Source of the DNA: Acholeplasmataceae bacterium
GTDB lineage: Bacteria > Bacillota_I > Bacilli_A > Acholeplasmatales > UBA5453
DNA length: 64,000 nt
Direction: 5' to 3'
NCBI GenBank assembly: GCA_012837645.1
Contig: DUQU01000040.1
Location: forward strand, 9,834-73,833
The notes beneath the pieces were generated by a model. That model worked only from the letters and a program-made list of their open reading frames with translations. It had not been told where the DNA came from and did not search any database. Both the position numbers and the translations under genes were made by a program. Positions 9,496 to 19,931 of this stretch are shown one piece after another; within the stretch, counting starts at the first letter, position 1, and every line of letters starts with the position of its first letter.

Positions 9496-10137
9496 TTATT
9501 TTATTTCCCAATTTATTTTTGTAAGACCTTTATTAATTAAAATTTCATTTGTTTTCTTAAACATGTTGGAACGATAAAAACTTCGGTAAAATGATAACGG
9601 TGAAGGGTGACTCGTCTTAATAACCACGTGCGTTTTATTAGTTATTTTTTTAGCAAACTGATGCGCATAATTACCCCACAATAAATAAACAAGATTATCT
9701 TTTGTTTGTAATAATTGAAATAAATTACTAATAAAGATCTCCCAACCAAAGCCTTGATGACTTAAAGGTTCGTTTTCAGTAACCGTTAAAATCGTATTTA
9801 AAAGTAAAACTCCTTCTTTACTCCAAGCCGATAAATCACCATGATTGGGAATTTGATAACCATACTCATAGCTTAACTCCTTGTAAATGTTTTTTAAACT
9901 AGGTGGCACTTTAACGCCGTCATTGACTGCAAAAGCTAAGCCATTAGCTTGATTTTTATTATGATAGGGATCTTGCCCAATAACAACAACCTTCAAATTA
10001 GAAAAAGAAGTCATTTCTAAGCTTCTAAACCAATCTTCCTTTTTAGGGAAAACAGGTTGAGAGATTTTATTAATTTTATTTACAAGCGTCTTAAAATAAG
10101 GTTTATTTTTTTCTTCTTCGATAAACTTTTTAAACAT
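9496..10137 (-). CDS. ung: Uracil-DNA glycosylase (family 1)
   Basis: VIGQDPYHN water-activating loop, GVLLLN, and a C-terminal HPSPLS leucine-loop motif. Confidence 0.9.
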   Translation of the reverse strand: MFKKFIEEEKNKPYFKTLVNKINKISQPVFPKKEDWFRSLEMTSFSNLKVVVIGQDPYHNKNQANGLAFAVNDGVKVPPSLKNIYKELSYEYGYQIPNHGDLSAWSKEGVLLLNTILTVTENEPLSHQGFGWEIFISNLFQLLQTKDNLVYLLWGNYAHQFAKKITNKTHVVIKTSHPSPLSFYRSFYRSNMFKKTNEILINKGLTKINWEIK

Positions 10138-10303
10138 TTGTTGCCTGCATTATTATTATCTTTACCTCAAATGTATTATACAAATTTTAACGCTAAAAGT
10201 AAACTAAAAATAATCCCCTTAAATTCACATTTTCTGAGTGTTTTTTATCTTAACATAAAAAAAGGACTAGTTTACAAAACTAATCCTAATTATTTTAATT
10301 ATC

Positions 10304-11308
10304 TTAAATTAATGAAGCTAAATGCTGAAGTACTCTAATAAGTTGCGCAGTATAAGACATTTCATTGTCATACCAAGCCATTACTTTTACTAATTGTTTT
10401 CCGTCAGCTTCTAGTATTTGGGTTGTATTGGCATCAAAAATTGATCCTAAAGCTCCAATTACATCAGCGGAAACAATTGGTTCTTCTGTGTAAGTTAAAG
10501 TTTCATTGGAAACTTTTTTGAAAGCTTCATTAACTTCTTCTTTAGTAACATTTTGCTTAAGTTCAATTGTTAAATCAACAATCGAACCAGTTAAGACTGG
10601 CACTCTTAATGCTGTTCCGTCTAATTTACCATTTAAATGTGGTAAAACTTTTCCAACCGCGTTAGCAGCTCCGGTAGTGGAAGGAATAATCGACACTGCA
10701 GCTGCTCTTCCTCTTCTGGAACGATAACCTTTTTTATGAGGTTGATCCATTAAAGATTGATCGTTCGTATAAGCGTGAACAGTAGTCATAATGCCTTTTA
10801 CTACTCCAAAAGCATCGTCTAAAGTCTTTACCATCGGTGCTAAACAGTTTGTTGTACAACTCGCCGCAGATACGATTTTTTCAGTACCATCTAAGATATC
10901 ATGATTAACACCATAAACAACCATCTTAACATTGCCTTTAGCAGGAGCACTTAAAAGAACTCTTTTAGCTCCGGCTTCAATATGAGCACTAGCTTTTACT
11001 TCATCATTAAATAAGCCAGTACATTCTAAAACTAATTCCACACCTAATTCTTTCCAAGGTAAATTTTTTGGTTCTCGTTCTGATAAAATTACTGATTCTT
11101 TACCATCAACTATTAATTTGTCGCCAACAACGTTAATCTCTCTATTAAACTTTCCTTGAGCAGAATCATATTTAAGTAAATATGCTAACTCCTCAGCATT
11201 TGATAAATCGTTTAAGGCAACCACTTCAAATTTCTCATCGTCATGCATTAAGCGATAAGCTAAACGGCCAATTCGACCAAATCCATTAATTGCTACTTTT
11301 ATAGCCAT
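10304..11308 (-). CDS. gap: Glyceraldehyde-3-phosphate dehydrogenase
   Basis: NGFGRIGR NAD fold and active-site ASCTTNCLAP; 334 aa. Confidence 0.95.
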   Translation of the reverse strand: MAIKVAINGFGRIGRLAYRLMHDDEKFEVVALNDLSNAEELAYLLKYDSAQGKFNREINVVGDKLIVDGKESVILSEREPKNLPWKELGVELVLECTGLFNDEVKASAHIEAGAKRVLLSAPAKGNVKMVVYGVNHDILDGTEKIVSAASCTTNCLAPMVKTLDDAFGVVKGIMTTVHAYTNDQSLMDQPHKKGYRSRRGRAAAVSIIPSTTGAANAVGKVLPHLNGKLDGTALRVPVLTGSIVDLTIELKQNVTKEEVNEAFKKVSNETLTYTEEPIVSADVIGALGSIFDANTTQILEADGKQLVKVMAWYDNEMSYTAQLIRVLQHLASLI

Positions 11309-11413
11309 AATAAAACCTCCTTCATTTGGTTTAATTCAACTTTATTCTATCATTTTTGAGTTTTTTTTCAACAATTTAAACCTGATTTCAAGGCTTTTTT
11401 TAATGTAAACGTT

Positions 11414-12169
11414 TTAATCACCAATAAACGTTTTATTAAGCCTCGTAACAAAATCGTTTTTCTCATTTTTAAGAAACTTAACTTTCTTCTCTGCAAAAGT
11501 TATTTTTATTTCTTCCACATCTTCCATACTTATCCAGTTCCGATCAGCAGTAATATCGATATATTTATTTTTTGGTTTAATCGTAATTGTTTGCTCTTTA
11601 TTCAAAAGAAGCGGACTAATCATTTTATAATTTAAAGATTCAAAAGGCGCGATCACGGTGAGTTGAAAAGCCTCTAAATGGGGCATTAAAATAGCACCAC
11701 CTAAACTCTTATTGTATGCAGTAGAACCAGTTGGGGTGGAAACGCATAAGCCATTCCCACGTACTTTCATTAAATGTTTATCATCGATAAAGATAGTTCC
11801 CGAAAAAAGACGATGTTGATCAGTAATAGTTATTTCATTTAAAGCATAATTTATATTTTCAGCTGACTGACATTTAATAAGATGGTACTCTCGCACTTGA
11901 TAATCTTTTAAAATCTCCTTAATATTTTCTATTTCATTTGGTAAAAACTCAGTATAAAATCCTAATTTACCAGTATGGATTGTTACAAAAACGATTTTAT
12001 CTAATTTATCTAAGTATTTCCTAACGGCATCTAAGACAGTTCCATCACCACCAATTGTAAAAACAAAATCAGGATTCGCCTCATCTAAAATCCCTTGAAG
12101 ATTGTTAATTAAATAATTTTTAATTGTTGCTGCTTCTTGATCCTTTTTAGCTACAAATGCGAATTTCAT
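11414..12169 (-). CDS. nadK: NAD kinase
   Basis: GGDGTVL motif, ~250 aa, PTGSTAYNKSLGG motif. Confidence 0.85.
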   Translation of the reverse strand: MKFAFVAKKDQEAATIKNYLINNLQGILDEANPDFVFTIGGDGTVLDAVRKYLDKLDKIVFVTIHTGKLGFYTEFLPNEIENIKEILKDYQVREYHLIKCQSAENINYALNEITITDQHRLFSGTIFIDDKHLMKVRGNGLCVSTPTGSTAYNKSLGGAILMPHLEAFQLTVIAPFESLNYKMISPLLLNKEQTITIKPKNKYIDITADRNWISMEDVEEIKITFAEKKVKFLKNEKNDFVTRLNKTFIGD

Positions 12170-12236
12170 TAAATCACCTAAGATAAATATAACACATATT
12201 TATAAAATATGTTAATATTATAAGAGGGGGATAATT

Positions 12237-12782
12237 ATGACTAACATCGAAATTGAATTTAAAAATCCAATCGATAAAGCAACTTATGAAATGTTGATAA
12301 AAAAATATCAACTCGATAACAATATCTTTTTACAAACCAATTATTATTTTGATTCTAGCGATCAAAAACTAACCCAGAGGGGAATTGTTTTAAGAATTAG
12401 ATATAAAGAACCAAACCGTTATAAAATTACCCGCAAATCCAAAACAAAACAAGGGTATTTAGAAGAACATGTAATCTTAAATCAAGAGAAAGCTTCAAAC
12501 ATGATTGAAAACGGCTTTAATCTTAAGTCTTTTTTTGAGGATGATATTGATGTTATCTTCCATGGGAAATTGGAAAATTATCGCGTCTCTATGCCCTATA
12601 AAGATGGTGAGCTTTTTTTAGATAAAATTATTTATTTTGATAAAGTCGATTATGAACTAGAATATGAAGTAGACAGCTATCAACAAGGTAAAAAAGATTT
12701 CAATTACTTTTTAAAGCAACACCAAATTACTCCCACTCCAGCAATTAGGAAATCAACACGGATATTTAAACATAAAACTTAA
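12237..12782 (+). CDS. CYTH-domain protein (YjbK-like triphosphate tunnel metalloenzyme)
   Basis: N-terminal EIEFK (ExExK signature of CYTH), ~180 aa. Divergent from nadK, as in the Bacillus yjbK-ppnK region. Confidence 0.65.
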   Translation: MTNIEIEFKNPIDKATYEMLIKKYQLDNNIFLQTNYYFDSSDQKLTQRGIVLRIRYKEPNRYKITRKSKTKQGYLEEHVILNQEKASNMIENGFNLKSFFEDDIDVIFHGKLENYRVSMPYKDGELFLDKIIYFDKVDYELEYEVDSYQQGKKDFNYFLKQHQITPTPAIRKSTRIFKHKT

Positions 12783-12872
12783 AACTCTTAAATCAAAAAA
12801 AGCAATTAAGAAAAATAATTGTTTTTTTATATTTCTTCTTAAAAAAAACACCTCAAATGAGATGTTCTTTTG

Positions 12873-13337
12873 TTATCTTTCTAGTTTCTTTTCACTTCTA
12901 ATTTCTTCAAAATATCGCTCCAATTGAGTCTGATAGTCGCAATTACCATCATGGGGACAATTTTTACACATAATATAATCCCTTAATCTTTGGGGAACGA
13001 AGACTCTTATTTCTTCATCGTTATAGCCAACTTGCATCTTTTCGTCTTCAATAATAATCGGTCTTTTTAAAACGCTAGGGTTTTCAATTATAAAACTTTT
13101 AAGTTGGCTTACCGTCATACTATCAGTATCAAGATTATGTTCTTTAAAAGCTTTTGACCGTGTTGAAATAATATCATCAAAACCATTTTCTGCATTTCTT
13201 AGCATAAATGAGATATCTTCCACTGTAATTTTGTGAGAAAATAAATTCTTCTCCTCGTACTCCAATTGGTGTTCTTCTAGCCACTTTTTCGCTTTTCGAC
13301 AAGACGAACAACTAGGGGTTGTATATATTCTTATCAT
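12873..13337 (-). CDS. spx: Spx/ArsC-family redox-sensing transcriptional regulator with an extended Cys-rich C-terminus
   Basis: MIRIYTTPSCSSCRKAKKWLEEH (CxxC at residues 10-13) ...ISTRSKAFK...LKRPIIIEDEKMQVGYNDEEIRVFVP closely parallels B. subtilis Spx. There are about 25 extra C-terminal residues containing CKNCPHDGNC. Confidence 0.8.
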   Translation of the reverse strand: MIRIYTTPSCSSCRKAKKWLEEHQLEYEEKNLFSHKITVEDISFMLRNAENGFDDIISTRSKAFKEHNLDTDSMTVSQLKSFIIENPSVLKRPIIIEDEKMQVGYNDEEIRVFVPQRLRDYIMCKNCPHDGNCDYQTQLERYFEEIRSEKKLER

Positions 13338-13611
13338 GTCATCCTCCTTTGGATACAGGTTTTCTCCTGCAGCACCATTTTTGTGGTCTATTTATTATAC
13401 CTCTAAAAACAAAAAAAAGCAACTTTCAAAATTTCTCGAAAAATGCACTTTTCAAGTTAAATAAATCTTTTTCTTTATATTTATAAAGATAATCTTTTTA
13501 AATAAGATAAATTTGTAAATAAAAAGTTGCTTTGTTATAATTTTAATAATGAAAGGGGCTAATTTTAAATTGTCGATTTAAGTGAAACAATTTAAAGATT
13601 AAATAATAAAA

Positions 13612-15372
13612 ATGAATTGGGATTTAAGTTATTTTTACAAAAATGAAAAAGAATTTAATGATGATTTTCAAAGATTGGAGGAAAAAATACCGTTACTGGC
13701 CAACTATCAAGGCAAGTTGTCTGAATTTAAATATTTTAAAGAATATTTTTTATTTGAAGAAGAGATCACAAAACTTCTTTATCGCTTATATATGTATAGC
13801 CATTTAGCTAGTGATCTTAATTTAAAAGATCAACAACTCCAACAAAGAAACCAAATGGTTATTTTAAAGATGAATCAAATTGGTAGTTTAACGGCTTATG
13901 TTTCACCGGAAATCATTAGCATTGGTGAAGAAAAGGTTTTAGAATTTGTTAATAAAGATGAGTTTTTAAAACCCTATTTGTTTAATTTTCAAAAACTTTT
14001 CAAACAACAAGAACATGTTTTATCGAACCTTGAAGAACAAGTTTTAGCTAATTTTGAACCGACTAGAAGCATTCCTGTCCAATTGTACAATTCTTTAGCT
14101 TTAACTGATAGAACCGATGAAAAGGTAGTTTTATCTACTGAAGAGGAACTTACCGTTAATACTCAAAACTGGCGTTCTTTACTGCCGAAGTATCAAAAAG
14201 AGGAAGATAGAGAGTTGATTTTCAAGGCTGCTTTTAAACGCTATCAAGATAACAAAGATGCTTTTTCGGCAACTTATAACTTAGTTTTACAACAACTCGC
14301 TTCAAATTATAAATCGCGTCATTACAATAGTGCTTTAGCTTCAAAATTGGATGGCAACAATATCCCTTTAGATGTTTTTTTAACTCTTAAAGATACTGTT
14401 TATGAATCTACAAAACCAGTTAAACGCTATTTGGCATTAAGAAAAAAGCATTTGAATTTAAGTGAGTATCATACTTATGATCGCTTTTTGCCTTTAATAC
14501 CTGCTTTAAATAAAGAATATAGTTTTGAAGAAGGAAAAGAACTTTTCTTTCAAGCTTTAGAAGGTTATGACTCAGAGTTCGTAGCTAATCAAAAACAGGC
14601 TTTGAAAAAAGGACATGTTGATGTCGAAATGAAAGATGGTAAAAGAACGGGAGCTTACTCATCTAGCGTCTATGGTCATCATCCTTTTATTTTACTTAAC
14701 CATGATAAATCGTTAGATAGCGTCTTTACTCTTGTCCATGAAGCCGGACATAGTGCCCACAGCATCTTTTCTAACGATAATCAACCACTACCAACTTCTC
14801 GATACACTATTTTCGTAGCTGAGATCGCTTCTACTTTTAATGAAAGATTATTAGCTGATTACTTATTAAATAAGTCTAGTTCCAAAGCTGAAAAAATTAC
14901 TATTATTGAAAGGGAAATAGATGGGATATTAAGTACCTTTTATCGCCAAACACTTTTTGCCCACTACGAATACGAAGCTAATCAATTAGTAGAAAAGGGA
15001 ATTCCTTTAAATAGTACTAATTTATCCAAAATTATGATTGACTTATACCAACATTACTATGATATTGATATTACTAAAGAACCAGGAAAACAATATGTTT
15101 GGGCTTATATTCCTCATTTATTCCATACTCCTTTTTATGTTTATCAATACGCTTCTAGCTACGCTGCTTCTTTAAAAATTTATCAGGATGTCAAGGCTCG
15201 TAAAAGTGAGGCAATGACTAAATATTTAGAGTTATTAAAATCAGGTGGAAATGATTATCCTGTTGAACAAGCTAAAAAGGCAGGCGCTGATTTAACTTTA
15301 AAATCAACTTACCAAGCAGTCGTAAATAGACTTGAAGAATTAATCAACGAATTAGAATCTCTTTTAAGCTAA
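13612..15372 (+). CDS. pepF: Oligoendopeptidase F (M3B metallopeptidase)
   Basis: ~586 aa, HEAGH zinc motif (LVHEAGHSAHS), with the downstream E ligand in FVAEIAS. Confidence 0.85.
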   Translation: MNWDLSYFYKNEKEFNDDFQRLEEKIPLLANYQGKLSEFKYFKEYFLFEEEITKLLYRLYMYSHLASDLNLKDQQLQQRNQMVILKMNQIGSLTAYVSPEIISIGEEKVLEFVNKDEFLKPYLFNFQKLFKQQEHVLSNLEEQVLANFEPTRSIPVQLYNSLALTDRTDEKVVLSTEEELTVNTQNWRSLLPKYQKEEDRELIFKAAFKRYQDNKDAFSATYNLVLQQLASNYKSRHYNSALASKLDGNNIPLDVFLTLKDTVYESTKPVKRYLALRKKHLNLSEYHTYDRFLPLIPALNKEYSFEEGKELFFQALEGYDSEFVANQKQALKKGHVDVEMKDGKRTGAYSSSVYGHHPFILLNHDKSLDSVFTLVHEAGHSAHSIFSNDNQPLPTSRYTIFVAEIASTFNERLLADYLLNKSSSKAEKITIIEREIDGILSTFYRQTLFAHYEYEANQLVEKGIPLNSTNLSKIMIDLYQHYYDIDITKEPGKQYVWAYIPHLFHTPFYVYQYASSYAASLKIYQDVKARKSEAMTKYLELLKSGGNDYPVEQAKKAGADLTLKSTYQAVVNRLEELINELESLLS

Positions 15373-15401
15373 TTGACAAACATACTAAGATAACTTACAA
15401 T
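15373..15401 (+). promoter_or_regulatory. Sigma-A-type promoter of the trpS leader
   Basis: TTGACA (15373-15378), 17-nt spacer, TACAAT (15396-15401). Confidence 0.7.
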
Positions 15402-15404
15402 AAT

Positions 15405-15599
15405 TAAAAGCGATGATTTAAGCGAGTAATAAGTAGTTTAAATAAAAAAGCGACTTAGTGATGGTGAAAGACTAAGATTTAACACTTACGAAATGGACTT
15501 AAAGAGCTAACAAACTATAAGAGGGCTAGCTAATGCTAGAACTAAGGTGGCACCGCGCAATTTATGCGTCCTTAGAATATTTAAGGACGCTTTTATTTT
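15405..15599 (+). promoter_or_regulatory. T-box leader (tRNA-Trp responsive) with terminator/antiterminator
   Basis: Stem I distal loop GGUGAAA (15468-15480 region). Specifier context GAAA-UGG-A, with UGG at 15494-15496. T-box sequence AACUAAGGUGGCACCGCG at 15540-15557. Terminator GCGTCCTT(15566-15573)/AAGGACGC(15583-15590) followed by a T-run. trpS follows directly downstream. Confidence 0.85.
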
Positions 15600-15610
15600 A
15601 GGAGGATAAA

Positions 15611-16600
15611 ATGAGATTAGTATCAGGAATACAACCGTCAGGTAATATTACTTTAGGAAATTACTTAGGCGCTATTAAACAATATATTAAACTTCAAGAG
15701 GAATTAAAAGAGGCAGAAATTTTTATTTTTATTGCCGATTTACATGCTTTAACTGTTCCCCAAGAAAGACAAGCTTTACAGAAAAGTATAAAATCTTTAG
15801 CGGCTTTATATTTAGCTTCGGGGCTTGAGCGTGACCGCGTTAATTTGTTTATTCAAAGTGAAATCCCTGCTCATAGTCAGCTAGGCTATATTATGGAATC
15901 AACAGTTTACGTTCCTGAGCTTCAAAGAATGACACAATATAAAGATAAAATTGCCAAACAAAAAGAAGGAATCAAAGCTTCACTACTAACTTATCCTGCC
16001 TTAATGGCGGCGGATATTTTACTTTATAACGCTGATTTAGTACCTATTGGAGACGATCAAAAACAGCACCTTGAGTTAACAAGAACTTTAGCTGAAAGAT
16101 TTAACAACACTTATGGCAATACTTTTGTTGTACCTAAGGGGTACTTCCCTAAAACAGGAGCTCGAATCATGAGTTTAACAGAGCCAACAAAAAAGATGAG
16201 CAAAAGTGAAGAAAATCCCAAAGGGACAATCTATTTGCTCGATCCGATTAATCAAAGTAAAAATAAGATTAGAAGCGCAGTAACCGATTCTGACACTAAA
16301 ATCTATTATGATAAAAAAAATAAACCAGGAATAAGTAACCTTCTCGATATTTATAGCGCCTTAAAAGGCTCTTCAATCAAAGAACTTGAAAAACAATATC
16401 AAAATAGCTCATACCGAGAATTAAAAGAAGATTTAGCCAATCTATTAGAAGTTGTCATTACCCCTATTCAAGAAAAATACTTTCAAATAATAAACTCCAA
16501 AGAACTTACTGAAACTTTAAATATCGGCAAAGAAAGAGCTTCTTTAATTGCCTCTAGAACTATCGCTAAGGTTTACCGTAAACTAGGCATTTTAAGATAA
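15611..16600 (+). CDS. trpS: Tryptophan--tRNA ligase
   Basis: Class I aaRS of ~330 aa: GIQPSGNITLGNYLG (HIGH region), GDDQKQHLELTR, KMSKS loop (KKMSKS). Confidence 0.9.
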   Translation: MRLVSGIQPSGNITLGNYLGAIKQYIKLQEELKEAEIFIFIADLHALTVPQERQALQKSIKSLAALYLASGLERDRVNLFIQSEIPAHSQLGYIMESTVYVPELQRMTQYKDKIAKQKEGIKASLLTYPALMAADILLYNADLVPIGDDQKQHLELTRTLAERFNNTYGNTFVVPKGYFPKTGARIMSLTEPTKKMSKSEENPKGTIYLLDPINQSKNKIRSAVTDSDTKIYYDKKNKPGISNLLDIYSALKGSSIKELEKQYQNSSYRELKEDLANLLEVVITPIQEKYFQIINSKELTETLNIGKERASLIASRTIAKVYRKLGILR

Positions 16601-16743
16601 TTTAGTTTGTCAGTTTCATTACTAAATTATGTTTTTATTTTAATTTTATCATATTTTAAAATGATTATAAATCTAAATAATGCTGATAATTAGAGCGTTA
16701 AAACCCTTTTTGTTTATAATTGATTTTAACAAACAAATCCATT

Positions 16744-16772
16744 AAAAAAGTAAGCGTTACATGCTTACTTTT
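16744..16772. terminator. Bidirectional intrinsic terminator between convergent trpS and lipid-kinase genes
   Basis: AAAAAAGTAAGC-gttacat-GCTTACTTTTTT: a perfect stem flanked by an A-run and a T-run. Confidence 0.75.
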
Positions 16773-17615
16773 TTATCTAAATATTATTAATTCTTTTTTT
16801 GAAAGTTCGACCTCTCCATCGTATTCAACGTAGTTCTCTCTATCGCTAACAATTTTAATTTTTTTACCACTATAAAAATGAACCCACCTTCTAAACATTT
16901 TATGTATCCCTAAATAAATGGTGGGGAAAATTAATAACAACATCCACCTTTTAACCTTGTTGACAACAACAACCTCCAGTTTATCATCGAGCCTCACCGA
17001 ACGTGGAGAAATTTTCATCCCGCCACCAAAATAGCGACTATTACAAACTACTACAAACCAAACATCCTTAAATATAGTAGCTTTGCCGTCGATTTCTAAA
17101 TTTATCTCAAACTTATTAGCTTTACTAATGGCTTTAAGAGCGCTTTTAAAATAGTTGCCTTCTGTTTTTCCCTTTTCCGACCCTTCAACATATGCGCATA
17201 CCTGAGCGTCTAACCCAAAACCAACACTATTGATGAAATATTTCTTTTTCCCATCAATTAATTCATAAGGAATATCTTTGATATAGTCGTTGATTTTTAT
17301 TAAATCGGTTTTTGATTTTATACTTCTGACAAAATCATTTCCGGTTCCTGCTTTTCTTGCCACAAAAATCTCATGCTTTACATCAATCTCTGCTAGCTCA
17401 TTGGCTAAGTAGTGAAGTGTTCCATCACCGCCAAAAATAATTATTTTTTCATCAAGACTTAAATTATTTAAATACTCCTTAGTATTTTCGATTTCAAGAA
17501 GTGATCCCACACTTACTTGATGACCTTTTTTAATAAGCTTACTTTTTAGTTTTTCAATATTCTTAAAAGTTTTACCGCGCTTACTTTTAGGATTATAAAG
17601 AATTCTGTATGTCAT
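16773..17615 (-). CDS. Diacylglycerol/lipid kinase catalytic-domain protein (YegS/BmrU family)
   Basis: YNPKSKRGK...IIIFGGDGTLHY (DAGK_cat GGDGT). ATG 17615 has an AGGTGA RBS. The longer ORF-track start (17666) would overlap tyrS by 47 nt. Confidence 0.75.
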   Translation of the reverse strand: MTYRILYNPKSKRGKTFKNIEKLKSKLIKKGHQVSVGSLLEIENTKEYLNNLSLDEKIIIFGGDGTLHYLANELAEIDVKHEIFVARKAGTGNDFVRSIKSKTDLIKINDYIKDIPYELIDGKKKYFINSVGFGLDAQVCAYVEGSEKGKTEGNYFKSALKAISKANKFEINLEIDGKATIFKDVWFVVVCNSRYFGGGMKISPRSVRLDDKLEVVVVNKVKRWMLLLIFPTIYLGIHKMFRRWVHFYSGKKIKIVSDRENYVEYDGEVELSKKELIIFR

Positions 17616-17619
17616 TTTT

Positions 17620-18855
17620 TCACCTAAATTTAACAATGGCGTACCTTTTTTTACCACGCCTAACAACCGAGTAAGTCTCGTAATATGCCGCTTCTTTCTT
17701 TAGAAGGTAATCTATTTTAGTTACTTTGAAGTCATTAACTGTTATCGCTCCACTACTAATAAATTGTCGCGCTTCGCGATTGGAACTTGCTAATTTAGTT
17801 TGATTAAGAATTGTTAAAATATTTTCTTCATCTATTATACTTGAGTCTAAAACTTTAAAAACTATCTCCCATTCACTAATAGTTAAATTATCAAAAGCAC
17901 CAGTAAATAAGGCTTCGCTAACATTAATTGCTTCTTTTAAGGCTTTTTCGCCATGAATCAATTCGACTAAACTTTCCGCCAATGCTTTTTGCGCTAATCT
18001 TTTTTCTGGTTTTTGATGATGTTCGTTTATTAATATTTCGATCGTTTCTTCTTCAAAAAGAGTCAGCACCTTTAAATAAGTTTCAATATCAGCGTCACTA
18101 GTATTATAAAAATATTGATAGAGTTCATAAGGGCTTGTAAGATTTTCATCCAACCAGATCGTGCCTGATTCGCTTTTACCAAACTTACCGCCATCACTTT
18201 TAGTTAGAAGTGGTGAAGAAAGGGCGACCGCATCATTGTTATCGCCAACTACTTTTCTTAAAAGTTCCAAACCTGCTGTTAAATTACCCCATTGATCGCT
18301 CCCGCCAAATTGGATTTTAACTTGATGTTTTTGATATAGATTAAGCCAATCAATTGACTGTAAAATCATATAAGAAAACTCCGTATAAGAAATACCAGTT
18401 GAAAGCCTTTTTTGGACTGTTTCTTTCGCTAACATATAATTTACGTTAAAATGTTTGCCGTAATCTCTTAAAAAAGTTATCATATCGATATCTTTAGTCC
18501 AATCATAATTATTAACATAAACTGCTTTCGGTAAAAAATATTTAATTTGATTTTCAATGGCGACAGCATTTTTTAATGATTCTTCTAAAGTTAATAGTTT
18601 TCGCTCTTCTGTTTCTTTAGGATCACCTATTAAACCTGTCGCACCACCAATTAAAACAACTGGAGTATGACCATGTTTTTCTAATAACTTCATTCTTACT
18701 ATTTGTACTAAATGGCCAATCGTTAAAGATGTTCCTGTAGGATCAAAACCACAATAAAACGCTACTTTATCATCATTAAGTAGTTTTTTAGCTTTTTCTT
18801 GATTGGAAACATCTTTTAATAAGCCTCGATAAATAAGCTTATCGTATAAAGTCAT
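17620..18855 (-). CDS. tyrS: Tyrosine--tRNA ligase
   Basis: [14 protein letters not shown] (HIGH), KFGKSESG (KMSKS equivalent), C-terminal S4-like domain. ATG 18855 ([13 protein letters not shown]) is preceded by AAAGGTGGA. Only 56 nt separate it from the upstream LacI-family gene, so there is no room for a T-box. Confidence 0.9.
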   Translation of the reverse strand: MTLYDKLIYRGLLKDVSNQEKAKKLLNDDKVAFYCGFDPTGTSLTIGHLVQIVRMKLLEKHGHTPVVLIGGATGLIGDPKETEERKLLTLEESLKNAVAIENQIKYFLPKAVYVNNYDWTKDIDMITFLRDYGKHFNVNYMLAKETVQKRLSTGISYTEFSYMILQSIDWLNLYQKHQVKIQFGGSDQWGNLTAGLELLRKVVGDNNDAVALSSPLLTKSDGGKFGKSESGTIWLDENLTSPYELYQYFYNTSDADIETYLKVLTLFEEETIEILINEHHQKPEKRLAQKALAESLVELIHGEKALKEAINVSEALFTGAFDNLTISEWEIVFKVLDSSIIDEENILTILNQTKLASSNREARQFISSGAITVNDFKVTKIDYLLKKEAAYYETYSVVRRGKKRYAIVKFR

Positions 18856-18911
18856 AATATCCACCTTTCTATTTAAAAACTTAGAGAGCAATTAAATTTT
18901 ATTTAATAAAC

Positions 18912-19907
18912 TTAAAATGATTCCCTTCTTTTTAAATGATGGTCTAAAATAACTTTGATCTCTTCAGTTTCTTCTTTTTTCATTAATTTTGTTAATAACC
19001 GCATTGCTTTCGCCCCTAAATCATAAACAGGGATATCAACCGAAGTTAATCTCGGTCTTGCCAACATTGCGTATTTAGTATTTTGAAAACCAGCAACAAC
19101 TATTTCTTCCGGTACTTTATAGTTATTATTACGGGCATTATTTAAAAATGAAACCGCAATTGAATCTCTTACACCGATTGCACCATCAACCTTTTCACTC
19201 TTAAAAAAGTTTTTAAAATGGACGGTGTTAATAGTAGTATCTCCGCTCGTTCTAAATACTCGCGGCTTTAAATTGGCTTCTTTCATTGCCTTTTCATAAC
19301 CTAATTCCTTTTTTTGATTAACGTTATATGTTCTTACTGTCGATAACATATAAATATCTTTTCGGCCTTGTTCAATCATCAATTTAGTAATTTGATATGA
19401 AGCTTTTTCATAATCAATATTAACACTTAAAACACTCTCATCATCATAAAGGACGTTCGCTAATACTACTGCTACTTCATTAATTCGACAAGTTTTAATC
19501 AACAACTCCAAATCTTCATGCTCTAATTCATCGTTTAAAACTAAAAGACCATCAACTTGTTCAGCGATAATTGTTTTTACAAGTTCCGGATAATCAATTC
19601 CTTCTGGGCAAGTAAAAAGTTTTACTGCATATTTATACTTTAAGGCAATATCACTAATGCCCCCCAACATTTCCGCTACACTAGCTCTCGTTACATCGCT
19701 CACTAAAACACCAACCGTGGTTGTTTTTCGGGATGCTAACCCCCTCGCGATTGCGCTAGGTCGATAACCTAATTCGTCAATTACCTTTAAAACTCGTTCT
19801 CTTGTCTCTTTTTTAACTTTTTCCGGATTATTTAAAACTCTAGAAACCGTTGCTAATGAGACATCAGCCTTTAAGGCGACATTATAAATTGTTACTTTTC
19901 CGCTCAC
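18912..19907 (-). CDS. LacI-family transcriptional regulator (CcpA-like)
   Basis: GTG start. VTIYNVALKADVSLATVSRVLNNPEKVKKETRERVLKVIDELGYRPSAIARGLA is the LacI HTH plus hinge. A periplasmic-binding-protein-like effector domain follows. Confidence 0.8.
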   Translation of the reverse strand: MSGKVTIYNVALKADVSLATVSRVLNNPEKVKKETRERVLKVIDELGYRPSAIARGLASRKTTTVGVLVSDVTRASVAEMLGGISDIALKYKYAVKLFTCPEGIDYPELVKTIIAEQVDGLLVLNDELEHEDLELLIKTCRINEVAVVLANVLYDDESVLSVNIDYEKASYQITKLMIEQGRKDIYMLSTVRTYNVNQKKELGYEKAMKEANLKPRVFRTSGDTTINTVHFKNFFKSEKVDGAIGVRDSIAVSFLNNARNNNYKVPEEIVVAGFQNTKYAMLARPRLTSVDIPVYDLGAKAMRLLTKLMKKEETEEIKVILDHHLKRRESF

Positions 19908-19931
19908 TTTATATCACTCCATCCCTATATA

